A stretch of 64,000 nucleotides of DNA from Octopus sinensis (lineage: Eukaryota), in assembly GCF_006345805.1 (NCBI RefSeq), contig NC_043017.1, forward strand, positions 28,644,001 through 28,708,000. The letters are read 5' to 3'. The notes beneath the pieces are model-generated. The model saw only the letters and a program-made list of their open reading frames with translations. It ran no database searches and was not told where the DNA came from. The position numbers and the translations under genes were made by a program. Shown one piece after another: positions 13,918-25,128 of this stretch. Within the stretch, counting starts at the first letter, position 1. Every line of letters starts with the position of its first letter.

Positions 13918-14503
13918 TTCCCATTCTTTTCTACTCTAGGTACAAGGCCCGAAATTTTGGGGGAGCAGGCCAATCGATTTGATCCACCCAGTACGCAACT
14001 GGTACTTAATTTATTGACCCCTAAAAGATGAACGGCAAAGTGAACCTCGGCGGAATTTGAACTCAGAACGTAGCGGCAGACGAAATACCTATTTCTTTAT
14101 AACCCACAAAGGGCTAAACACAGAGGGGACAAACAAAGACAGATATAGATATTAAGTCGATTACACCGCCCCCAGTGCGTAACTGGTACTTAATTTATCA
14201 ACCCCGAAAGGATGAACGGCAAAGTCGACCTCGGTGTATTTTGAACTCATAACGTAGCGGTAGACGAAATTCCTATTTCTGTACTACCCACAAGGGGCTA
14301 AACATAGAGGGGACAAACAAAGACAGACGTAGGTATTAAGTCGATTACACCGCCCCCAGTGCGTAACTGGTACTTAATTTATCGACCCCGAAAGGATGAA
14401 CAGCAAAGTCGACCTCGGCGGAATTTGAACTCAGAACGTAGCAGCAGACGAAATACCGTTGAGAATTTCGCTCGGCGTGCAAGCGTTTCTGACACCTCGC
14501 CAC
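13918..14503 (-). mobile_element. SINE family B with a 184-bp internal tandem triplication
   Basis: Head GGCGAGGTGTCAGAAACGCTTGCACGCCGAGCGAAAT; core CCGAGGTCGACTTTGCC.TTCATCCTTTCGGGGTCGAT repeated at 184-bp period (13990, 14174, 14358). Confidence 0.85.
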
Positions 14504-14709
14504 CTTTTTTCCCCATTTCATATTAAAAAGCATGTAGTTTAATTGCAAATTGAATATGTTTTGTTGTTGATATATGAAAGTTTATTCTTTGTTTCTAAAG
14601 AGGTGTGTGTGTTGAGAATATCCTCGAATTGTGAATTAATCTTAAATATTTTAAATATGAAACTGGTATAAACCGTGACCATATAAACACACTTTTCTCT
14701 TTATGAAAA

Positions 14710-14955
14710 CATAGCGGAACTAAATTATTAAAGATTCCGTAGCTTCAAATGATTGAGTGAGGGAGTGAGTGAGTTTGTGCGTAATTGTACAAATAGCTCC
14801 CCTCATCAAAACGTTATAGTCTTTGTATCAAAGCAGATGGTATGCAAATGTTTATTCTGGATTTTTGCTAAACAATTTAATTATTTATTTGTAAGTTTGC
14901 AAAGAAGAAATTGAAATCTAAAGTTGATTATCTGAATGATAGAATTATATATATA
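14710..14955 (+). repeat. Local diverged duplication (partner 17141-17414) containing a candidate 43-nt exon
   Basis: Collinear similarity over ~250 bp; AG|43 nt|GT at 14797-14839 and 17252-17294. Confidence 0.8.
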
Positions 14956-15368
14956 GGTTTCTATGATTAATAGGGGATTAGTTTTTGCTGCACATTTCTT
15001 CATACAGGATCCTGAAGAATATGCCATTATAATATTGGGATGTATTATTGAGATCTTCGTTGGGAGAGAAAATTTTAAGTCATTACAGCAGGATTTCAGA
15101 TAAATTCTGAGTACTTATAATGAGGCAATCATTTACTTTTCCAACATATTGAGGTATCCATTTGTAAGGCACGCATTGGGAGTAAGCTAAATTTCACATC
15201 GATCATGACAACACTACCAATGAGTGTATTACTTGTCGATTCAAGAATAATTGAATAACTAAACTTTTCAAACATTCCAAAATTCGAAACCGCACGCGAG
15301 GTCCTAAAGCATGAATCGAAGGTTCGTATTTAACAGGTCGTAAAAATAATATTCCATCCGATTCATAT

Positions 15369-15430
<62 letters not shown>

Positions 15431-15582
15431 ATAGTTATCGCCATACTAATATGGCATTCTTATAAAAATAAGAAAAAAGCTGTCCGCTTATTAGCTCCAT
15501 GAGGCCATCGCCTTAAGTTAGCTATTTGATACACAAACTGTATCCATATAACCTTCGAACAAGGGAGGTCAGTCGCTCCACA

Positions 15583-15653
15583 CTACTTGACCGGCAGCTA
15601 CAGACGCGTTTCGGAGTATTGCCCCTTTTCAATGCAGCGTAGCCAGCCAGTAG
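15583..15653 (-). ncRNA. Type I hammerhead ribozyme, array copy 1 (U3-A8 variant, minimal palindromic stem III)
   Basis: Minus strand reads GCUGCA-UUGAAAA-GGGG(CAAUA)CUCC-GAA-ACGCGU-C/UGUAGC (core 15597-15638). Stem I extends via UGGCUGGC/GCCGGUCA and CUAC/GUAG. Predicted GUC cleavage between 15603 and 15602. Confidence 0.8.
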
Positions 15654-15944
15654 GTGTCGCTTCCGACAATCTCTGTTCGATGGTTTTATTTACCTAGTTT
15701 CGGTGGAATACATCCACTTGTTTTCAATAATAGAAATATTAAAATAACTAAGTCTCTCTAAAAGAGAACAGCGGCAGCGTTCCCGGAAAATAATAGTTAT
15801 CGCCATACTAATATGGCATTCTTATAAAAATAAGAAAAAAGCTGTCCGCTTATTAGCTCCATGAGGCCATCGCCTTAAGTTAGCTATTTGATACACAAAC
15901 TGTATCCATATAACCTTCGAACAAGGGAGGTCAGTCGCTCCACA

Positions 15945-16015
15945 CTACTTGACCGGCAGCTACAGACGCGTTTCGGAGTATTGCCCCTTTTCAATGCAGC
16001 GTAGCCAGCCAGTAG
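15945..16015 (-). ncRNA. Type I hammerhead ribozyme, array copy 2
   Basis: Same motif, core 15959-16000; predicted cleavage 15965/15964. Confidence 0.8.
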
Positions 16016-16305
16016 GTGTCGCTTCCGACAATCTCTGTTCGATGGTTTTATTTACCTAGTTTCGGTGGAATACATCCACTTGTTTTCAATATAGAAATAT
16101 TAAAATAACTAAGTCTCTCTAAAAGAGAACAGCGGCAGCGTTCCCGGAAAATAATAGTTATCGCCATACTAATATGGCATTCTTATAAAAATAAGAAAAA
16201 AGCTGTCCGCTTATTAGCTCCATGAGGCCATCGCCTTAAGTTAGCTATTTGATACACAAACTGTATCCATATAACCTTCGAACAAGGGAGGTCAGTCGCT
16301 CCACA

Positions 16306-16376
16306 CTACTTGACCGGCAGCTACAGACGCGTTTCGGAGTATTGCCCCTTTTCAATGCAGCGTAGCCAGCCAGTAG
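16306..16376 (-). ncRNA. Type I hammerhead ribozyme, array copy 3
   Basis: Same motif, core 16320-16361; predicted cleavage 16326/16325. Confidence 0.8.
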
Positions 16377-16667
16377 GTGTCGCTTCCGACAATCTCTGTT
16401 CGATGGTTTTATTTACCTAGTTTCGGTGGAATACATCCACTTGTTTTCAATAATAGAAATATTAAAATAACTAAGTCTCTCTAAAAGAGAACAGCGGCAG
16501 CGTTCCCGGAAAATAATAGTTATCGCCATACTAATATGGCATTCTTATAAAAATAAGAAAAAAGCTGTCCGCTTATTAGCTCCATGAGGCCATCGCCTTA
16601 AGTTAGCTATTTGATACACAAACTGTATCCATATAACCTTCGAACAAGGGAGGTCAGTCGCTCCACA

Positions 16668-16738
16668 CTACTTGACCGGCAGCTACAGACGCGTTTCGGA
16701 GTATTGCCCCTTTTCAATGCAGCGTAGCCAGCCAGTAG
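16668..16738 (-). ncRNA. Type I hammerhead ribozyme, array copy 4
   Basis: Same motif, core 16682-16723; predicted cleavage 16688/16687. Confidence 0.8.
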
Positions 16739-16809
16739 GTGTCGCTTCCGACAATCTCTGTTCGATGGTTTTATTTTATATAAATATATGACCCATTTCC
16801 CTCCGGTCA

Positions 16810-17010
16810 TTCAAAATGTGACATTTTTCCCTCTGTTTTCCCTTCTCTGGATCTTGCCTTCTCCTATGTTTCCGACGAAGAGCTCCGCTCGAAACGTTAT
16901 ACCCTGCTTCGTCTTCCCTTCCCTCCTGAGCGTCCAACAATATTATATTTGTTCCACGTTCTCGCGTTCTTGTGTTTTCTCTTTGTGTTTTCATGTTTGG
17001 ATTAACTTTA
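16810..17010 (+). mobile_element. Copy of the ~210 bp hammerhead-like repeat
   Basis: GTTTCCGACGAAGAGCTCCGCTCGAAACGTT at 16868-16898; lies about 30 bp from the end of the 362-bp array. Confidence 0.75.
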
Positions 17011-18999
17011 TATATATAATGTATAGTTCCAGGCTTAAGCGGGAAATACACTTTAAAACATTTCAAACAGATTATGCAGGAGTGCCACACAACTAATGTT
17101 GCTCTTTTAAGCTCATGTAAAGGCAAAAGCCACAAGAAAACATAGTGGAAATAAACGATTAAAGATTAAAGATTTCGTAGCTGGAAATGTTTGAGTGTGT
17201 GAGTGAGTGAGTGGGGGAGTGCGTAATTGTTAAATGAGGTTGTACAAACAGCTTCTCTCATCAAAGTGTTATAGTCTTTGTATCAAAGCAGATGGTAAGC
17301 AAATATTTGTACTGGATTTTTGTTGAACAATTTAATTATTTATTTATAAGTTTGCAAGGAAGAAATTGTAATCTAAAGTTGATTATCTGAATGATATAAT
17401 TATATATATATATAGTTATACGTAATTAGATTGCATATTTCAGAATTTTACCGTTTATAATGGAAAAATTGTTAGTAATATCGATTGGAATTTTAAACTT
17501 GAAAATCATTCCTACTGCTATCAGCAGTGTAGTTTTGTTATCTATGTCGGTAGCAAGTATTTTAAAATTAATATTAATAATTATTTTCAATATAGATTTA
17601 TGACTAAATCGCGGAAGACACCGCGGTATGTATATTTGGTGATCTCGTACAGAAACTTTTGATTTATGGAAGAAAATACGTTCTGGTTGTTTCTTTAAAA
17701 AATCTTGTTTCAGAGATTTTTGGGCATAAATAGCAACTCTTAAATTCTATAAGCTTTTGTAATAGATTGAAAGGAAGAGAACATTCCAACATTTTGAAAT
17801 AAAATATTCATAAGTTTCTCAGTTGAGATTTTTTCCAACAAAATACAATAATCCGCCTGGATCTCTCAATAAATATTTTAGTTTTGCAGAAGGTGCGTTT
17901 GGTATACATCTTTTATAGACTTACCTATTTTTTAGTCGATGTTACACTGAATAAATATAACATTGTCGAGAACGTGGGCGCCAAGAACTTATTTCCTTAT
18001 AAAATATAAATCCATACGTCTTTCATAAAAAAATCTATATGAGGGTGAATATATAAAAATGGAAATTGGTACAATTTCTAAGCTAAAATTCCTAGAAAAT
18101 ATAGTATGTATCAAAATGCAGAATGTTTGAAGTTTATGATACCTTACATATATATATGAATAATTAAACGAATCATAAATGAGAAAGAATGACATATTTA
18201 TTTTTGATTTATAATAATAATACTATTGCCGTATCATGATATCATTTGTTCATAATTTCCGTTCAAAATAAATCATATTTACTCAGAAATAAAGATTAAG
18301 TACGATAAAATCTAAGTAGTATAAATGTGTTATGCTTCTTTTCGGTAACACAATGTTGTATAATAAATTCCAAACACAGTAACGAAGCGACAATATTTAC
18401 TATACATATAATAACATAAATTCTGTTGCTTTTTCAATTCCGTTGATTTTATAGATATAAGAGGGTTATTTTACATTCAGTTATCAAGGTATATAAACAC
18501 CCCTAAAAAGAAGAACAGAACTAACCAACCCTATCTTCAAACCAGATTCTTACTCCGGTGATAACAGTTGAACAATGCAATGCAAACATTACATCAATAT
18601 AAAATGTAGAGCAATCTTCAGGTGCACAAAAATATTGAATTTAATTAAATTCGAATGACTCATTAGTATAATTTTATCCAAAATCACCAAAAGGATAAGA
18701 GGATTATTTTGATTATAATCACCTTATTTTAAATTGTATGGATAATACCATACTAAATTCTGGTGCCTTTGACTTAAGTACCATATCCATCTGAATTTAA
18801 AGATATATATATATGATAGATCGTTAGCCACTACACACATTTTTCTCTCCTTGTTTTTTTCTGTGTCTTTTTCGGCAGAAGAGCGTAGGCTCGAAACATA
18901 AAAGGACTTTTTCAATTCCTGAGCGTCATACTAATACATTTGTTTGTTTTGTACACCACCTGTCTTCTTCTTTTGTTTTTTTCATAAACTCTCCCTATA

Positions 19000-19041
<42 letters not shown>

Positions 19042-20169
19042 TACACACATGCACAAACACATATATATATGCGGGTATCTTTATATATATATATTCAACA
19101 GATACGAAATGTACAATATCTTCTTAGCGTGCTAATTTTATATTTTAGTGAAGAATACTATTTCATTCACGCTAACATCCAAGTATAACTTGTGTATCCT
19201 AATAACGGTTTGTATACGAAACTCTTAAGTGTTTATTATGGTTACGTAAACGTATATTATTTTCTCTCTAACCTTTCCAGTTTCTATCGATTTGCATTCA
19301 CTGCAAGATCTTAATTCCTTCTCTTTTGTTTCCTTATAAATTGTCTTAATTACTCTCAATGATTCTCTTACAATGTGTAGCGTATATTTCTAATATAAGA
19401 TGAATTAAGATCGTAAAATATTTTAAGGTATCAATATAATATTAAAATATTTAATTTTGTCTGCAATATATAACCAATTTTCTATTCTAGTATACTTAAT
19501 TAAAATTCAAATATGTACGATTAAAAATCTAAATATGACTTTTTAAAGAATTTTAACTTAATTTTAGAATGAGAAATATTTGCTAAAATTTCTAACGTTC
19601 TGTTTTAGAAATCTAAATTTTTTTCTGACATACATTATGTCTTAGCAAAACAAGTCGTTAGAATAATATTCTCATAACATTCAACGTGTCGTATGTTTAC
19701 TATTTCCTAAACATTCCATCGTATATTCAATAATTCCGGTTAATTTAATTTATATGTATTTTATTATTAACTACAATTTATGCCATCTTCTAATCTAGTT
19801 ACCATACATTATTCGTGCTAAAATTATCTTAATCTTAAGTCCATAATTGCTATGGTATTTCCTCGACCATTTAATTTCAAATTTTCATTCCACTCGTCTG
19901 ATGGATATTTCTTATGAATGCACGTCTTGAAATCAAACTCAGAGTCCGTGGCCGTTTTTTTAGGATATGTGAATAGCTTTGATGCGGCCTTAAGATTATT
20001 GATGTAGGTACCTCTTGTGTGGACGCCCCCAGACGATGAAGTAGGCTAGCCCAATACGTACATATAGAGGGAGAAGTCTAGGCGACGAGGATTTCGTAGC
20101 TCACACAGCCACTGTGTAGTATTGCGATATATCAATGAAGAAATTTTCATATACAGATCACGACGTCAT

Positions 20170-20640
20170 TAGTTTCTGAAGCAAAGGAAATCACGTTTCA
20201 AATAACACTTACACAAACCAGTTATCGTATTACCCCGTTCTGCTATAATGAAATGGGGAGGAACAGCTGATTCGAAAATCCTTATTTTGCCAGCAAATCT
20301 TTAGTTGAAAGGTATGAAAGGTGTTTCTCAATCGGTGTAGACGTGTTCCTCTTTTAAAAGAATATGGTGTCAAAATTTCACAACTGCAATATTTGCATCG
20401 GATCCTTTTCATACGGAGCAATGGTTTTCTTTGGTAGAAGTTAATAATCAATAACATAGTGCTAAAACTGCTTGTATATAATTGTTGACTAAATGCAGTC
20501 CAGTAAACAAACTTAAAGGCACCTGTTTCCATGATCAAAGGCTCCTGCTTCCATCATCAACGGTGTATATTTCTGTACTTCTATCCTGACAGACTTCAGT
20601 TAATCGCTGCTTTGAAATCATTGATTGACGTTACGGGTTT
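20170..20640 (-). mobile_element. Possible piggyBac-like transposase C-terminal remnant
   Basis: KRIRCKYCSCEILTPY...RNTFH resembles the Cys-rich RC..C...T...C..C...LC...RNCF..H domain; heavily decayed. Confidence 0.35.
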
Positions 20641-21016
20641 CTCGCAGAGCGGAAACCGTGTTATTCACTAGGAAGAGCTAAAATATAACAACGAAAGGAT
20701 TTTTCATGTTTAAGCGCTAAGATTTTCAGCAAAGATTTGAGCTCAGTTTGATAGCAAGAGTTACTGCAACTTCATTCTCCTCTATGCATCTATCATTGTG
20801 TCATTGCGACTATTACAATCGAAGAAATCGCTGTATTGTTTTCTTATTCTCAAAACAAACTCCGCATTCTGAGAACATTTCACGTTTCTGTTTCCTCTGA
20901 GTGCACGCCCGACGATTGCACCATAACCTTGTTAGAAACGCTTTTATCAAATCACCAAATGAAATATTGGTTTTAAATTTTTGCTCACGGCCAGCAAGCT
21001 CAGGTGTGTGTGCGTG

Positions 21017-21187
21017 ATAAGTCGATTACATAGGCCTCAGGGATCAACTGGTGCTTAATTTATCGACTGCGAAAGGATGAAAAGCAAAGTCGACATCGGT
21101 GGAATTTGAATTCAGAACGTAACACCGGACGAAATGCCGGTAAGCATTTTGTCCGGTGTGCTAAAAGCTTCTGCCAGTTTGCCTCCT
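21017..21187 (-). mobile_element. SINE family B
   Basis: Head and core similarity. Confidence 0.75.
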
Positions 21188-21649
21188 TAGCTTCAAATGA
21201 AATAACGTGAAATATTGTTTCCTCTCTTCGCACGCTAAAACTTCTCCATTAAACAGAATTTCTATCCAAGACGGAGACAGAAATATTTAATGGAAATTGC
21301 AGGCACTCTCATGAAAATGGAATATAATTTGAATTAATTAATTTAAAGAGATTGTTTCTAACATCTTCGAGTTGAAAGACGCCTACAATTACCGCTATAT
21401 TTTTTCCCCCTTTGTTGTGTTCCTTCAAGAAAGAGAGAATTTTAAAGCAGTTTTCTTCTATGTAATTCAGTATATCTTTCAGCAAAAAAAAAAAAACAAC
21501 AACATTAAGTCATTTTTCGCCCATGTGATTTATTTCGAAAAGTCACTATAATTGTCGTGAGCCCACGCTACCCATGTCTATTATTCATCCGCTGTGTAGT
21601 ATTACATTCAGCTGGTAATGTACATTTAGCAATTTTCGGGCACAAGTTT

Positions 21650-21770
21650 CGCGAAGAAACTGCGCGCTAGGAGGCGAGAAAAGACGGCCTCGCGTTACGG
21701 TGGTCATCGGTAGGCGCCGCGCGGCGCCCCCGGCCTAGGCCGAATCGCGCGGTCGGCGAGGCAGGATGTC
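21650..21770. promoter_or_regulatory. Small GC/CpG-rich island, possible promoter / 5' UTR
   Basis: About 120 bp of GC-rich, CpG-rich non-repeat sequence in an AT-rich background. Confidence 0.35.
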
Positions 21771-21772
21771 AG

Positions 21773-21902
21773 ATGTCTTTTACTTTAGTTTGGACTTACA
21801 GTTTCGGTCGTATAATTTCCGTTGCAAATTTACAGTATATTACAGACACATTCTCCATTAATGGAAGCACGAATGTCACCATCTGTGATGTCACTATATG
21901 TG
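21773..21902 (+). CDS. Candidate coding exon (MSFTLVWTYSFGRIISVANLQYITDTFSINGSTNVTICDVTIC), unidentified product
   Basis: ATG just downstream of the GC island, open frame ending at a G|GTAAG donor; two N-x-S/T sites. Confidence 0.25.
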
Positions 21903-22363
21903 GTAAGACCAAATATGGACCCAACAAATAAATATGGAATTTAATTCTTGCAAGTAATCTTAAATTTAACAATGAGTGACAATTTAGTGTAAATAATTTA
22001 CGAATCTTTTTATATTTTTGTTTATTAGCTTTGATATAATTTATTGTGTTCTGATATTTCACATATAAGGCGATTTAAAGATATAATCGCTCAGAGATAA
22101 GCATTAATTATCTTTCATACGTAGTCCACTTAGTTTTTATTCCACATCTGCGTTTCAAATTTCAAGCGATTACCTCTGGTTATCAAAGTCATTATCGTTG
22201 GAATTCGTGGCTTCTTGAGTGACATGCAATCTGTAAACCAGTCCTTTTTGGAGCTGCCTGCAAAGAACAAAATCTTTAAATAACCACTCCAGAAAAGGTT
22301 GGTAATATGTATTCCAAGGAAATAAAATGCTCGTTTTGTTCTACAGAAAAAAAAACCTCATTG

Positions 22364-22584
22364 TACTCTTTTACTCTTTTACTTGTTTCAGTCATTTAAC
22401 TGCGGCCATGCTGGAGCATCGCCCTTAATCGAGCAACTCGAACCCGGGACTTATTCTTTTGTAAGCCCAGTACTTATTCTATCGGTCTCTTTTGCCGAAC
22501 CGCTAAGTAACGGGGACATAAACACACCAGCATCGGTTGTCAAGCAATGCTAGGGAGACAAACACAAACACACAAACATACAAG

Positions 22585-22618
<34 letters not shown>

Positions 22619-22831
22619 ATACACATATACATACACATATATATACACATATATATATACATATATACGACGGGCTTCTTTCAATTTCCGTCTACCAAAT
22701 CCACTCACAAGGCTTTGGTCGGCCCGAGGCTATAGTAGAAGACACTTGACCAAGGTGCCACGCAGTGGGACTGATCCCGGAACCATGTGGTTGGTAAACA
22801 AGCTACTTACCACACAGCCACTCCTGCGCCT
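22364..22831 (-). mobile_element. SINE family A
   Basis: Full-length copy, head-to-head with the next copy. Confidence 0.9.
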
Positions 22832-22900
22832 CTATATTCTCTCTATATATAAAAAATAAATAAATAAATCTCGTTGTGTTCTTCAGAAAAAAAAATCTAT

Positions 22901-23318
22901 AGGCGCAGGAGTGGCTGTGTGGTAAGTAGCTTGCTAACCAACTACATGGTTCCGGGTTCAGTCCCACTGCTTGACATTTTGGGCAAGTGTCTTCTGCTAT
23001 AGCCCCGGGCCGACCAAAGCCTTGTGAGTGGATTTGGTAGACGGAAACTGAAAGAAGCCTGTCGTATATATGTATATATATATATATGTATGTGTGTGTT
23101 TGTGTGTCTGTGTTTGTCCCCCTAGCATTGCCTGACAACCGATGCTGGTGTGTTTACGTCCCTGTCACTTAGCGGTTCGGCAAAAGAGACCGATAGAATA
23201 AGTACTGGGCTTACAAAGAATAAGTCCTGGGGTCGATTTGCTCGACTAAAGGTGGTGTTCCAGCATGGCCACAGTCAAATGACTGAAACAAGTAAAAGAA
23301 TAAAAGAGTAAAAGAGTA
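22901..23318 (+). mobile_element. SINE family A
   Basis: Full-length copy. Confidence 0.9.
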
Positions 23319-24231
23319 TTAGAGAGAGACTACATTTTTCAAAATATTGGTCATAGCAACAAGGAGTCGAATATCATGGAGTTTGAACGGTTATTAAAAA
23401 AAATATATTACTCCGTGCATTAGAAAGATAAATAGAAATCTAGCGGGAAATGAACTTCAATCTGACTGAGCAGAAACTGAATATTACGAAACATTGATTT
23501 CATTCATCTGCCATTATTGCTACATACAAAAATCATATGCGGAGCAATATTGTTAGTTGGTGTGTATGAGAAAATATTAATGGAAAGGAAATTTATTTTA
23601 GCAAAGTAAATAATAAGATATCGAAACTTCTCGAGAAACAATTTTTATGAAAGTAAATATCATACAAAGTTTTGAGAATGCAAATAAATATAATTTACAA
23701 TCTCTGTAACAGAAAGCACCACACTGCGCGGGAAATAATGAACTCGGTATTCAGAGCTAGAGTGCTTTATATATATATGTAATATAATATGAAATAATGC
23801 ATATTTACATTTATACATATATACATACGTATACGTACGCATGCACACACACACACATATATTTATAGATATATGAATATGTATATATATATATATACGC
23901 ACATAATGACATGTACACATACACACACATAATCCCACACACACCTACACGCACATAAGCACACATACACACACGTAGTTTATGTAAATCACATCTTTGT
24001 AAGTACATGCCAAAAAACATATGTAAACATTTACAGATCTCTAGATATTCTGCAACGTACTTGTGTGACCCTTTTCCTTCTGTGTGTGTTTTTATATACA
24101 TTACATACATGTAATACTACTACTCCTATTCCTCCTCCTCCTCCTACTACTACTAATGAATTTTAAACTCCCAGGCGGAGGGAATGAATAAGAATAATAT
24201 TACTGCTGCAACTAATAATCCAATCCAATTT

Positions 24232-24383
24232 CAGCCACAAGGCCTGGTATTTATTTCATCGATCCCAAAAAGATGAAAGACAGAGTCAACCACAGTGAAA
24301 TTTGAACTCAGAACGCAAGGACGGACGAAATGCCGCTTAGCATTTTGACCGGTGTGCTAATGAATCAGCCAGTTTGCTGCCTT
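24232..24383 (-). mobile_element. SINE family B
   Basis: Head and core similarity. Confidence 0.7.
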
Positions 24384-24745
24384 GATGCTACTACTACTAA
24401 AAATAAGGGCATATATGTGCGTTTTTCTTCTGAAACATATAACAACAGCAACAAAACCTAACTGCAGAAAAGATAATCTGAAAAAGACAAACATAACACA
24501 AAGAAATTAATATTTACTTTAATGTTTGAAGATTAAATTCTAGACATTGCTTCAACAATCACGGATTAATATTGAAGGATGTGAAATTAGTCAGAGTTGA
24601 TTGCATTCGGTGTCTGGGGAGGAAGAATTTCAGAGAGATATGAAATAGAACAACGATTTCAATTTCTTTCAAAATATTTTCAACAACTCTCTTAAGCAAT
24701 TAGTATTGCATAAGCGTATATTATAACAAATAACATTACCATTCA

Positions 24746-25128
24746 TCTATCTCTATATAAACGGCAGTTTGTCTGTGCGTTTTCTGTGTGTCTGTTTTCT
24801 CGTACCCTCACTCTGACCACGGCTTTCAACCGATTCTGATGAAACTTGACACACACATAGCCCAATGTCATAATTCAAAACTAACGCAGCGAAAATTTTG
24901 AAAAGTTCCCCCAGTTCTGAAAAAAATCGATAAATTCGACATGGGGTCGAGAATCAGAAACCCAAACCACAGACCGTCTAGGGGACGCAACTCCACCTTT
25001 TTTAACTCTCAAAAAAATTTACCATAATTTTTTTTCCATTTTTTTGCTATTTTTTGGCTATAACTCTCTAAAAATGCTTTATAGTTATTTCCCTTACAAA
25101 CCTGAGCAACGCCGGGCGATACTGCTAG
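24746..25128 (+). mobile_element. Non-autonomous Helitron (variant 5' half)
   Basis: A|TC start; 3' CCTGAGCAACGCCGGGCGATACTGCTAG|T hairpin + CTAG; no TSD. Confidence 0.75.

Larger units (their letters stand above)
15428..16776 (-). repeat. Tandem array of 361-362 bp units (about 3.7 copies), each with a hammerhead ribozyme; candidate non-LTR retrozyme or PLE pseudo-LTR array
   Basis: Unit start ATAATAGTTATCG at 15428, 15790, 16151 and 16513 (periods 362/361/362). Units look identical by eye except a 1-nt indel (caataatag vs caatatag). The 4th unit is truncated at 16776, and the left end abuts a (TA)n tract. Confidence 0.95.

Noticed and set aside
15428-16776. CRISPR or rDNA/satellite interpretation of the tandem array
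   Set aside because: No repeat-spacer alternation and no rRNA similarity; the hammerhead in each unit explains it better.
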